Made by a program: the position numbers and the translations under genes. Under the pieces are notes generated by a model. It worked only from the letters and a program-made list of their open reading frames with translations. It searched no databases and was not told where the DNA came from. A DNA stretch of 64,000 nucleotides, from NCBI RefSeq assembly GCF_006345805.1, contig NC_042998.1:179986001-180050000 (forward strand), in the 5' to 3' direction. Positions 1 through 12,329 of this stretch are shown one piece after another; within the stretch, counting starts at the first letter, position 1, and each line of letters opens with the position of its first letter. The stretch is from Octopus sinensis (Eukaryota).

Positions 1-140
1 AAAGCGTTGACAGGGATTCGATTTTATATCTGTGATCAGGGTTAGTAAGCCAAGACTTCGAAATCTCTACATGCATACACACATTCATACACGCCTAGAG
101 ACATATATACATACAAACATACATATAAACATACATTCAT

Positions 141-538
141 GGAACTGTGAAAATGTGTAAAACTTTCCAGCAGTTTATCATTTAAATATATATGAGCATA
201 TCTAGATATGCAACTATATGCATGAGAATACATACGTAAAGCAAAGCATAGAAATCTGCGCATACACATAAATACATAGATACATACATACGAAAATACC
301 ATGTTGCTGATGTCGAAATTCCAGTGAAAGGGCCTTGAATCCAGGTTAGAAACCGACTCTCTCAATGGGCAAGAAATCTTGAAATAAAACTGAACAATGA
401 CATACCTACATGCTATCACTGCAACTGTAAAAAATCTGTAAAACTTTTCAGAACTTTAGCATTTAAGAATATATATGAGCATGTCTAGACATGCAATTAC
501 ATGCATGAGAATGCATACACAAAACAAAACATACATAT

Positions 539-621
<83 letters not shown>

Positions 622-697
622 CATATATATATACATACGTACACACATACATACAAAAATAACCTGTTGATGTTGAAATTCCAATGAAGGAACCTTG
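141..697. repeat. Diverged direct duplication (about 141-337 and 421-697), second copy split by (CA)n at 542-610
   Basis: Both copies share blocks such as ATATATGAGCAT.TCTAGA.ATGCAA.TA.ATGCATGAGAAT and GTTG(C)TGATGT.GAAATTCCA.TGAA. Confidence 0.7.
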
Positions 698-1020
698 GTT
701 CAACGAAATCAGATCACTCTATTTTATCGCCCAACCTCTGTTGATATTTCATATCTCACCGATGAATGATTATGTCCGAAACGTTAGCCATCCCTCGTTC
801 CTCAAAACGTAAAAGAAAGCTCATTGTTTCTATAACTATCTGTATTACTATTTATTTAACAAAGCTTAACATGACTGGTTTCCTACGATTCTATTGTTTT
901 GCGATATCTATGATATCGTAATCCTATAATTTATTGTCATTTCATGTGGAGTAAGGTCTCTCCTCCCATCTGTTCTGTAATCAGAACTATTATTGTTGTC
1001 GGTAACATCATCATCATCAT

Positions 1021-1144
1021 GATCTTCTTCTTCTTCTTCTTCTTCTTCTTCTTCTTCTTCTTCTTCTTCTTCTTCTTCTTCTTCTTCTTCTTCTTCTTCT
1101 TCTTCTTCTTCTTCTTCTATCTATCTATCTATCTATCTATCTAT
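1021..1144. repeat. (CTT)n then (CTAT)n microsatellite
   Basis: Read directly from sequence. Confidence 0.95.
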
Positions 1145-1150
1145 CATTAT

Positions 1151-1357
1151 TGGTGCGAGCTGGTGAGTCGTTAGCACACCTGACGAAATGCTTAGCGGCA
1201 TTTCCTCTGTCTTTACGTTCTGAGTTCAAATTCCGCCGAGGTCGACTTTGTCTTCTATCCTTTCAGGATCGATAAATTAAATGGCAGTTGAGCAGTTGAA
1301 TACTAGCTGTCGGAGTATTCGACTTAACTCCCCCCCCCCCCATTTTCGGCCTTGTAT
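1151..1357 (+). mobile_element. tRNA-derived SINE, family A, followed by (TTA)n tract 1358-1456
   Basis: A-box-like TGGTGAGTCG, B-box GTTCAAATTCC, body CCGAGGTCGACTTTG; homologous copies at 17913, 30170, 50181, 55559. Confidence 0.85.
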
Positions 1358-1391
1358 ATTATTATTATTAATATTATTATTATTATTATTA

Positions 1392-1446
<55 letters not shown>

Positions 1447-1456
1447 TGTTATTATT

Positions 1457-2577
1457 TACTTTTAATCTGCATGTTTATTACAATCACTCGCCGAGGCACA
1501 CCCAGCATCCTTGGACGAGTGGAGAATAGTTGTAACAGTATGACTGAAAGCTCTCGGAGAGGAAGTGGCATGAGCTGTAGCGAAATATCTTCATGTAATA
1601 CAACACAGACATTTAAATTGATAAGAATTTCTAAGGATGTGAGCAGTATTTGTCAGCACAATTCTTTTGAATTCTTGAGAGATGGTTCTCTTGGGATATT
1701 ATCCAGATGTTTCTGCTATCGCTTTCTTATCATACCTAAGGGACCTACAATAACAGGAACATCTTTTGTATTTCAATTTCAATTCCAGGTCCTTATATTT
1801 ACTTAATTTGTCAAATTGCTTTACACATATGTTTTTATCAGTGGGAACACTTACATCTATAAGTCTACAATTATTGTCTTCTCCGTCTTTAATGACTATG
1901 TCTGGTCGATTAGCCTGGATCGTTTTGTCGGTGTTCACTGGATAATCCCAGAGGATAGTGACATTTTTACCTTCAATGTTCATACCAGTAAGCAGGAGTG
2001 CTGATTTTGTAGTATTTACATATTTTCTAATTTAAATATTGTCCTACTCTATCGGGGCGATCTTTGCATTCGTTTCGTGTCAGCACCGGACATTCCGAGA
2101 AGAGATTGTTTATTGTTTCATCAAATGTATTGCAAAATCTGCATTAGAGTCAGAACCGTTTTGAAGAACCTTAGCCTAGTAGGTTTTGGTAAGCAAGCTT
2201 TGATCTTGTGCCGCCAATATAAAATCTACAGTCTCTGCTTTCAGTCCTGAGCTTCTCAGCCAATGATGGGTTGTTGCTTGGTCTATATCAGCATTTTGGC
2301 TTCGAGGTATATACTGTCCATGCAGAGGCGTCTGGCTCTACTGCTCCTTAATTTGTTTCTGCCCGTTCTTTTTTGCAGTCTGTTTGATCTGTTTTGCTTT
2401 TTTCGTGGCAGTGGTTTCAGGTTCTTCATCTAATTCAGAGTTAATGACAAGTTCCCTTGCGAATTTGCAAGCTTCTTTCACAATAGAATGGGATTTTTTA
2501 GCTGCTTTCGTGTGTGCACACAAGCCGCAGCATCCAGTCTTCTGTACTAGCTAAGTACTTGTTCATTGCTATAGAGG
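1457..2577 (-). mobile_element. R4/Dong-like non-LTR retrotransposon, 5'-truncated and degraded (copy 1)
   Basis: Minus-strand translation TILWDYPVNTDKTIQANRPDIVIKD...LIDVSVPTDKN...KLSKYKDLE (RLE PD-(D/E)xK region); WLRSSGLKAETV-like segment near 2170-2210; ends in a (TAA)n tract. Confidence 0.9.
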
Positions 2578-2579
2578 CG

Positions 2580-3008
2580 GTCTTATAGCACTATAACAAG
2601 TTTTGTTGGAACTCTTGGAGTCTTGCATGCGTAGCGGGCTTGCTACCTGCAGCCTTTGGTACCATGCTATCCATTCTTTTCAGTTATCTAATTCCTCCTT
2701 ATTATCCTGGCCGTGCCAAGGAGGCTAAACTTTTGTAACAGTTCTACTAGGCATTCTACTCCAATTTCCTTTACTTTCCTCTTGATGCCTTCTGATTTGA
2801 TCCCAAATCACCCAATAATAATTGGCATTTTCTTCATCTTCATTTTCCATAACCGGGTTATTTCGTACTTGAGAAGATTGTATTTATCTATTTTCCCCCT
2901 TCTTTCGTGTCTATTCGTGGGTTAAAGGGGAATGCAGCATCAGGAGTACAGCTCATGTGATGCATCTTGTTGACCGCCACTAAGTCCGGTCTATTATGTT
3001 CTAGCATA
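2580..3008 (-). mobile_element. R4/Dong-like 3' fragment of a different family (copy 2)
   Basis: Minus-strand translation EHNRPDLVAVNK...FNPRIDTKEGEKIDKYNLLKYEITRLWKMK...LLGTARIIRR; short TAA remnant at 3008-3019. Confidence 0.8.
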
Positions 3009-3025
3009 TTTATTATTATCCTTGT

Positions 3026-3876
3026 TGGCACCCAGAGTATCGTCAGACACTCACAGTTCTCTTCCAGTCGGGCAATGGGAGCAGTGGATGTTCCCCCTTA
3101 GAAATTTATAGAGGATTAGTGGCGGGGAAGTGTGACGACGTGCTCGGAGAGATTCTGGGTGCCGACTAGAACGAACTGGCGAGTCTGTTCGGAGGATTTT
3201 CTTGTCGGGAACTATCATGAATAATTTCCAGATGTCCTTGGCCTTGCAGTGCTACGGGGGACGCTATCGGTTCGAGATAGACTCTACAGGAATGGATGTG
3301 CTGTCAGACAGGCTTGTCCGAGGTGCGCGCGGAGTGACGAAACTGTTCTGCATGCCCTCTTTCAGTGTCTGGACATTGCTATCGCACCGCTGCCTTCCTC
3401 CAATCGGGCAGGCAAAGCAGTTTTCCTTTGCCTGGTGACTGTGGAGAAAGAGGTTGTATGGAAGACAAGGCTGAAAGGCATGAGGACAGATACATTCGTC
3501 TTTGGTAGAGCTCTCATTGAATTCTTCAAGTTTCACTTGAAAAGGAAATTGAGAGTGGAGAGGGAAGCGCTGTCCTCGGGTGGGTTTATTTATAAGTGGG
3601 TAAAAGTTGCGAAAATGGCAAGAGTGGATGGTATCACTCTAAGTGTAGACCTGTGAGCCGAGGGAAAGGAATTGGAGAGGGTACTTGTTCCTGGAGCTTC
3701 AGGGTAGCCTCGGACGGTAGAGCTCTTCGATTATCCCCTAGAGGCTTTCCTGTATCTGGAGGGCCACACCTCTATAATCCGCCCCGCCACTTTTTTAATA
3801 ACCTTTGTATGCTATACATATGTCTCTTCTTTTTCAGTGTATACCGTGTATACATTGTGTCTATAGTATAAAGGAC
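3026..3876 (+). mobile_element. Tx1/L1-like LINE 3' fragment (zf-RVT region plus 3' UTR)
   Basis: WHPEYRQTL...YRGLVAGKCDDVLG...CPRCARSDETVLHALFQC...FFKFHLKRKLRVERE, collinear with 43820-44527; followed by (TAT)n 3877-3923. Confidence 0.88.
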
Positions 3877-3924
<48 letters not shown>

Positions 3925-4009
3925 GTTACTATGAGCCAGTCGTTAAGTCGCTGGACTCTAATGGACAATACTCTTAAGGTTTAGAATCCAGTCCGCAATT
4001 TTATTTGTT

Positions 4010-4210
4010 GAAGCTGACGATTTGGTAGAATAATAAGTGCGTCGGACAAAATTCTCTGTGGCATTTCTGTCGACTCTTAATGTTCTGAGGCCAGCTTTAG
4101 CTTTCTTTTCACGGTCGGTAAAAAAAAAAGTGCCAGTTGTGCACTGGAGTCAAATGGATTTAACTCCCCAAGTCTCTCTAAAATTGCTAGTCGTGTGCCA
4201 AAATTTGCAA
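4010..4210 (+). mobile_element. Degraded SINE family A
   Basis: Eroded match to the 1151-1357 copy (GTCGAC, GTGCCAGTTGTGCACTGG, ATTTAACTCCCC). Confidence 0.6.
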
Positions 4211-4649
4211 TCACTATTATCATAATTATCATTATGAATATTGTTGCTTTTTTTTAATATCATCATCATCATCATCTCATCATCCTCTTCCCCCTCCTCC
4301 TCCCTCTCTTCTCCGTCCTCCTCCTCATAATCACCGCCGCCACAATCACCACCATCATCATCATAACTCTTGTTGCTGTCGCTTTGTTGTTTGTGTTATT
4401 TTTGTTATTCTTCTTGTTCTTGTTCTCGTTTGCTAATTTCCTAAGCATGCCTGTTCTCTCCTCCACATCTTTGTCCTTATGATGTAAGCATGTAAATATG
4501 TACGCATGTATGTGTATGTGTACGTGTACGTATATATGGATGCTTCACCCGCCCCTTCCCACATTTTTCTTTTATACTTTTACTGTTTATTTTATCTAAT
4601 ATCATTTCTCTGTTGGCTTGCACTAATTAAGTCGTCACCACTCTTGATA

Positions 4650-4762
4650 TGTATACATAACGATATATGATATATATATATACATATAAACATGCGTACA
4701 TACACATATATACACGCATATAGGTCTATATATATATGCACGTATGTATATATGTAACTGCA

Positions 4763-4801
<39 letters not shown>

Positions 4802-5026
4802 TATATATGCATATGTATGTATGCATGTATGTATGTATGTATGTATATATATATACATACACACACACATATATATGTATGTTTGTATATATGTATATAT
4901 ATAATATATATATATTTATATATATATGTATATACACACACATATATATGTATGTATCTAAGTATGTATATACTTACAAGCATCTCGCTCTCTCTATATA
5001 TATACATACATACATACATACATACA

Positions 5027-5119
<93 letters not shown>

Positions 5120-5125
5120 CGCACA
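4650..5125. repeat. Compound (TA)n/(TACA)n microsatellite field
   Basis: Read directly from sequence. Confidence 0.95.
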
Positions 5126-6300
5126 TACGTTCCCACTAGCACACTCTCTGATTATCATATCTATACTTCAACGCACATATATGCAACAATATACGTATGT
5201 GTAAAATCTTTGTGTGCACGAGTGTCAGGATAAACATGTATACACAAACATGCCTGTAGTAAGTTTTCATCAAATTAAACGAACGCGTCTTTAACACGGC
5301 GAACGTCTAAGTTTTCTCTTTCTCTACAAATGAAGAATGTACACAAGCAAGAGGATGTCTTAAACTCAATTAGCCTTTCTCTCGATGAAATATATCCACA
5401 AATTACTTAGCAGATAATTAATAGAAGTTTCTGAAAGTTAAATCTATAACGCAGCTTTTGAACATTTCTCTACAATTGTATTTGAAAGCTTCTGTCTAAG
5501 CCTTTGTAAACAAACTCAACGTATTTATATTGAGAAATTCAAACCTTTTAATTATCGTCATAGCTATTGCCAACACGCTGCCATCATCTGTATCTTCTCC
5601 AACGCTATCGCTATCTCCACTGTCACCACTACCACGACTAACACCGCAACTACCAGCACCATCCATCGCCCCCAATACTATAATTGTTGGGTTTTTGCCA
5701 ATTAATATTCCTGAAAATAGGAACATTGGGAATATCGTCCGGCTAACGTATTTAGTTTGCTTTCAACTGGAATAATTCTAATTTTGAATATCCATAAGTT
5801 ATAAATACGATTGTAGCATTCTTTGTCATTATTTTATAATGTTTTACAACTCGCATATATATTGTGAAGATTTGAGTACTCATTAGATTAGGGCAACACA
5901 TTTATTATAAAATTTTATTGTGAATAGCTAATAACGACGGTAACAATAACTATGTTATCTTCTCTGTTGTTAGCACAACAGGCTTGGTACTTCGTTTTCG
6001 TTTTGTATCTAATGAATCAAAATGCTACGTTGTCATTAAATGCTTTAGATAAATAAAAGAAATATGTATTCATTCGTTCAGTTCGAGATCGACAACTACT
6101 ACCTATCGATCTCAAAGGAACTCCCTATGAATGCAATCCCACGCGCTAATTTGTTCACCAATATTTCATTACTATACCTATCATTCTATAAGACAGATAA
6201 TCTCTACTATCATATGATAGAAGCTTGTGGATTAAGAAAAACTCCGCTGAATCATTCGACTCAAATATGGAAGTATAGAAGCTTAAGGCGGTGAAGAGCA

Positions 6301-6657
6301 CGAAAAGACTTGCTGTCTGTACTGAAATATCATAGTGTGAAAATGCACATGAATATCGCTACAGATTCGAATTTGTTGGATGTCATGTTAAACCTCAACC
6401 ACTAGAAACATAACGAAAAAACTCAATACAAAAACGCATCATCAGTCACCCTTACCTCATCATCAAAGAAATCTACCTCAAGCGCAACCAACTTCCACAT
6501 TAGGAAGTAAGCATTTTTCAATGCGAATGCACACTTGCAACAATGCCTGAAATTAAGCAATTTCAAAGAAAAATCAGACACATCACCACAAAACATCCCA
6601 AGATATAAGAAAAGTAAAGGGGAAATTATATGGTATAACCCACCATACAATTCCAAG
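6301..6657 (+). mobile_element. Penelope-like element RT C-terminal fragment, degraded
   Basis: Frame from 6301 reads RKDLLSVLKYHSVKMHMNIATDSNLLDVMLNLN (NFLDVTLNL-like), then SHPYLIIKEI and IIWYNPPYNSK, motifs typical of PLE RT thumb regions. Confidence 0.75.
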
Positions 6658-6682
6658 TATCTATCTATCTATCCATCTATAA

Positions 6683-6962
6683 AGTCTTGTGAGGGATTTG
6701 GTAGACAGAAACTGAAAGAAGCCCGCCGCATATACATGTGTGTATATATTTGTGTGTGTCTTTGTGCTTGGTCCTCCATCACCGCTTGGCGACCAGTGTT
6801 GGTGTGTTTACGTTCAGGTAGCCTAGCGATTCGGCACAGAAACCGATAGAATAAGTACTAGGTCACAAAAAATAAGTCCTGGGGTCGATTTCTTCGGTTA
6901 AGAAGCCTTTAAGGTGGTGATCCAGCATGGCTCCATTCAAATGACTGAAGGCAATAAAAGAT
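6683..6962 (+). mobile_element. SINE family B, 5'-truncated
   Basis: GGTAGACAGAAACTGAAAGAAGCCCG, internal TA/TG tract, CCGATAGAATAAGTACTAGG, tail GGTGGTGATCCAGCATGG; homologous to 59352-59770. Confidence 0.85.
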
Positions 6963-8980
6963 TATATATATACTCACGTGCGTATACATGTATGTATTCC
7001 TAAATGCATGCACTATGTATACAAGTCGCGTGCTTTACTAAAAGATAACGAGTCCAAAGTTATTTATGAAAATTTGTGCTGCATTGGTGCAGTATCCTGA
7101 TTTTGTTTGACTATGCCTCAGCCAGAGTCACACTGCTTATCACACTCAGCTGGATATCCAAGTAGAAGTCCCGATGCATTTGAATAAATTTATAGTGAGC
7201 GACTTTTAGAATATAATAAGAAAAATAGACACTATAATTTTCACTTTTGAGTGGTTGTCACGTGTCTCTTGTCACCAATCTATCATCACCGGTCATGGCA
7301 TTTTTCAGAAAGTTTACGTTAACCTTCTAACGAACAAACAGTTCCCGACTGACTGTGGATCGCTTCGCCTTTTGTTCATTTATCAGATGTCTAGACATCT
7401 AAAAGTTTTCTTTTGAAATCACTTGGAATAACTCTTTTGCAAATATTTATTTCTTCAGGAACTTCTAAAAATCAATCAACGGTTCTCTCTGATCTCAGCA
7501 TGCATTTTCCGAATCAAATCATCGTCCATTGACCTAGTTTTCTGTTAATGTTCCCCATTTAAAATGCCGGTATCACTTAATGTATGGCTCAAAGAATCCA
7601 CTACTTGCTGAAGCATTGAGAAAAGCCTCGGTAAATGTGGTTCCAATTAACAATAGAATTTCTCACAAATACTTTGCTCTTCCAAATAGTTCGTTGTTCA
7701 GTTAAACATTCATAAAAGTCTATGTAGAGAGATGGCTAATTGTTGCAACGGGTAGTTATTAAAACGAAGGTCAAATTCACACATACATAACACATAACAC
7801 ATCGACGTCAGCACGCTAAGCTGATTGGCTGGCGCGCTGATTTAATCAACATATCAGTTGAAATACATAAATTTTGTTTCCATTAATTTCGAAAAGAATA
7901 GAAAATTTAGTAAAATACATTTGTCATTAGACAGGTGGTGTTTGCAGCATAAATTAACAGGAAATTTTGATGGAATGTTTTAATTAAGGTAATTTTAAAG
8001 CGAATAGATTACATCATAAAATCAGAGGCGCTCTCAGGTGGGCTGTTATGAATAGAATTAAATTTCCGCTTTATTATGGGCAGACATCGGATACACCTTA
8101 TATATGTTGACAAAGGAGAAAAGACCGAGATGGTTCTGCTTCTGATTGGTTTAATATTTAATTTATGGCTCATTAAGTCTCACATTAAACATCTTCAAGT
8201 TTTTCAATTATGATTCTTGCAAGCTCAATTGTTATTTTCTGTAACCCAATACCAAAATTGATACGGTATTCTAATTGTAATTCAAAAGCAGTCAATTCCT
8301 CTCCACTGCAAGTGTGTTATAGAGTTTCTGAGCATCATGAATATCTATTAGACTTTTCTACGATACAAAAGCTTCTTGTCTGGCGGGATATATTTGTCTT
8401 GTCTACTCAGCGTTCCAGACCTTACCATTTGAGATTTGAGGACGGATTAACTGTTTTAACAAAGTCTATGAACGAAAAGAAAGAAAACCATGCCATGAAC
8501 AAAAGTTAACCATTATAGAAGCGAAATATTGGGAAAAGCATTTATTCAGTGATCAATTATATTTAAACCTAGTTAAGTCTTGTCCGTATTATGATTTTCC
8601 ATGAAAATTTCTGTCAGAATTCCTTTAGTTTGAAGATCTGAATTAGAAAGAATTTGTAGGATTATTAATGGTTTCTCAAGAGTAAAGTATTTCACAAATA
8701 TGTATTGGCTAACACATGGTTTAGTGTCTTGTAAATGAAATCGATAAAGACATATTTATATCATTGGCTAAGGTCTGTAGATAAAAATATATACACGGAA
8801 CAATTTCGGACCCACGCTGGTGCTTCGATTATCGGTCGAGGCCACTTCATATGTTACAAATGCGTATAGAAAAGGACTAAAATTCACAATTTATTTGTTT
8901 CCCCTCCAAAATGGTAGAGCTTTTATTTTGTTAAAAACAGACAAGCAAACAAAAAAAAAAACATGAAATTTATAATTTAC

Positions 8981-9052
8981 GGTATTCGTCACAGCTCTTT
9001 ACTCAATTCAAATTCCGCCGATGTCAACTTTGCCCTTCACCCTTTCGAGGTA
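8981..9052 (+). mobile_element. SINE family A fragment
   Basis: TTCAAATTCCGCCGATGTCAACTTTGCCCTTCACCCTTTCG. Confidence 0.7.
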
Positions 9053-9106
9053 CTTGGCTGATTATGTTTCTCTCACACTTTCCCTTTCTTTCTTTCTTTC
9101 TTTTTT

Positions 9107-9153
<47 letters not shown>

Positions 9154-9417
9154 AGAATTCGTCTCTTTCTCTCTCTCTATCCCCCCTCTCTCTCTCTCTC
9201 TGATATTGGCTGTGATCTAATGTAGAGAAGGTTAGGCTCCGTCGTCTTTATAAATGAACAAAATATAACGACAGGTCATTTACGACTCCACTGAGAGTTG
9301 AGGACCAAGGTAAGATAAAAGTCTCCGCTCGAATACACACACAGATACATACGCACACGCACACGCATGCACACACACACACACAGACACACAAATAAAT
9401 GTGTACATATCTTTCAC

Positions 9418-9817
9418 CTTTTACTTGTTTCAGTTATCGAACTGCGATCATGCTGGGACAACACCGTGAAGGGCTTTACTGGGATAAATCGACTTCAGTA
9501 CATATTCTTTTTCTTTTTGTTATTCGCTGAAATGCGAAGTAACGCGGACGTAAACAAACCAGCACCAGTTGTCAAGCAATGGCGGGGGACAAAGACACAC
9601 ACACAAAGACACACACACACACAGAGTCATACACACACAAACACACACAGGCGCACATATACGTGAGAGGCTTCTTTCAGTTTCCCTTTGCCAAATCCAC
9701 TCACAAGGCTTTGGTTAGCCCAAGACAATAGCCGAAGATACTTGTCCAAGGTAACCCTCAGTGGGACTGAACTGACACACGTGACTGGGAAGCAAACTTC
9801 TTACAACACAGCTAGGC
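9418..9817 (-). mobile_element. SINE family B
   Basis: Reverse complement of the 59352 copy (CAAATCCACTCACAAGGCTTTGG, CAGTGGGACTGAAC); internal (CA)n tract. Confidence 0.85.
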
Positions 9818-9979
9818 TTGGAAGGGTTGAAAATTATTTCAAATGTTACAAAGATGGAACTTCGAAGTAACTGTCAATTATTTATTTCTAAAAATACAAT
9901 AAATCCGATACTTTCCTGATAAATAATGACTGATCTTTCAATTAACGTTCATTGTTCGTATATATATAAAATCAAGCAT

Positions 9980-10059
<80 letters not shown>

Positions 10060-10139
10060 GGGGGGTGATCAAACAGTTTGATTCAAATTCCTTGGAGATG
10101 CTTACCCTCAGCCATTTTGAAACTTTATATGTAATATAT

Positions 10140-10350
10140 GAATATTAAGGGAAAGTTTATGAAAATAAACAAAAGACGAAGGCAGGTGGTGTACAAAACA
10201 AACAGATGTATTAATATAGCGCTCAGGAATAGGAAAAGCATTTTACGTTTCGAGCCTACGCTCTTCTACAGAAAGGTACACAGAGAAAACAAGGAGAGAA
10301 ACAAGGAGAGAAAAAAATGTGTGTAGTGGCTAACGAGCTATCATGGCGTC
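10140..10350 (-). mobile_element. Probable Penelope-type terminal-repeat (pLTR-like) fragment carrying a hammerhead-like motif
   Basis: Minus strand CTTT-CTGTAGAA-GAGC-GTAG-GCTC-GAAA-CGTA-AAA at 10241-10275; PLE assignment is inference. Confidence 0.45.
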
Positions 10351-10411
10351 TGACTCGGACATATATATATATATGTATGTTTGTATATATAGATATAGAT
10401 ATATATGTATG

Positions 10412-10442
<31 letters not shown>

Positions 10443-10534
10443 GTGTATATATATATATATACATATGTATATATATATACATATGTATATCTATCTATAT
10501 ATATATATATATAAATATGTATATATATATGTAT

Positions 10535-10614
<80 letters not shown>

Positions 10615-11605
10615 TCTACTTCTTTCTATTAAATGATTCTTAAACCTTTTATTGTACCAACTTCACCAACTTTTCCCAATACGTAAACATTTCCATATAT
10701 GTAAGATACAAACACAAAGCCGATGAGGTAAGTATGCAAATATAACCAAGTTGCCATAGTAGCACAGTTAGGTCTAGTGATTTTTATGTACAAATATAAA
10801 ACAATTGTCTAAAACGAAAGAAATGTTTTAATGTCCCACGCGCTACTGCTATAAGCAATATATATTATTTCTTACGTGTATTTTAAGAAATAAAGCGAGA
10901 GTGTATATATCTTAAATTAAATTAAAAGTAAAATCCGAAGGCCGGCTATAAGCTTAGAAGTTCGGGTTTTATATCTAGGTGTATTCAAATAAGATTGTCT
11001 GTGAAATGATATAGAGAAAATGCTTTTTGTCTTTCTACAAGATGCCATTTGATGCTAGTCTGCCAGTTATATCGAATATTATTGTAAGATAATGTTCTTC
11101 CTGTAGACACAAAATATACTCTATCAGAAAGTAATCTTTGGAAAAATAAAATTTCTAGTATTCTGTATGCGGATTTGAAAAGATTAACATATGAAAGTTT
11201 CCCATGAAAAATTCGGAGATAAATAAATCATATTATGAAAGTAAGAATTGAAAAGATATGATACCGAATTTTAAAATAATATTTCAATATTAATTTAGTT
11301 CGTCTTGTTTTCGTTTTTAACATAATGTATTATTTTGGGGTTTTAGGTAAATGAATTTTTTTGGTTGATGTGGAGGGACAGAGCTCTTAGCTTGTGCATA
11401 CCTTCGAATGAGGTATGCACAATAATGAGCTGGAGGTTAATCAGATGTTCTCAAATTGGAGTTTGTGTACCATAAGAGTCAGCAAGAAAATTATCTGGAG
11501 TATGCGAGGTTTGCAAAAGTACTGGAAATATGTATATATTGTATCTGTTTGTGTGTGTGAGTGCACGCGCGTGAGTATATGTATGTATGTATGTGTGTAT
11601 ATGTA

Positions 11606-11655
<50 letters not shown>

Positions 11656-11924
11656 TATATATAATATATATATGTCTCCGATAAAGGGATATAATTAATA
11701 AATATCCTAGAAACAGCTGTAAGACCTATATATAATGTTCTAATACCTACCCAATCTTGGTTTTTTTATCTCCTTACGCAAAAAATTCTTATATATATAT
11801 ATATATGTCTATGTATATATATATATATATATATATATACATACATACACATTCACACATACATACATATATACATACATACACATATATATGTGCGCTT
11901 GTGTTTATATATATATATAGCTTA

Positions 11925-12225
11925 CACTTTATATGTTTCAACGTAATGGCTGTGGCCATGCTGGGCCACCACCAATATCATCACCTTTTCAATTGCTATA
12001 CCTATGTGGTTGGCTTTTGGAGAATGGTGGAGTTTGATATTGTTGCCCTCGTTTGAATTTCTTGATATGAACTAGGTTCATCTGGGATCCTGGGCATCAG
12101 GAGTTCGAGGTGCTTCTTCAAAAACATCTACCCCCACTCCATGTTGAACTCTCAGGGTTTTTGGTACGATATTAAATAGCTGTGTGCCTTTGAATCCCAA
12201 GCTATTGCAGTACCGGGTCGTTACT
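11925..12225 (-). mobile_element. CR1-type LINE 3' end fragment
   Basis: Minus translation SLGFKGTQLFNIVPKTLR...RIPDEP, similar to the C-terminus at 31932-32261; tail GGTGGTGGCCCAGCATGGCCACAGCC. Confidence 0.75.
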
Positions 12226-12329
12226 CTATACGGGATGGATAGGAAATTACGAACTATACAGTGTAGTTTTATTCTGGGGCAACTGTCGAAAGTTTGGTGT
12301 TAGTTCCTCTTGGATTCTCTATATGTATA

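Noticed and set aside
5496-5775. Opposing 76-81 aa low-complexity ORFs
   Set aside because: Decayed ACC/ATC-type trinucleotide sequence with no recognisable domain or splice support
7318-8062. Possible TTAA-flanked MITE or transposase relic
   Set aside because: Termini are too degenerate to pair and no transposase motif was recognised
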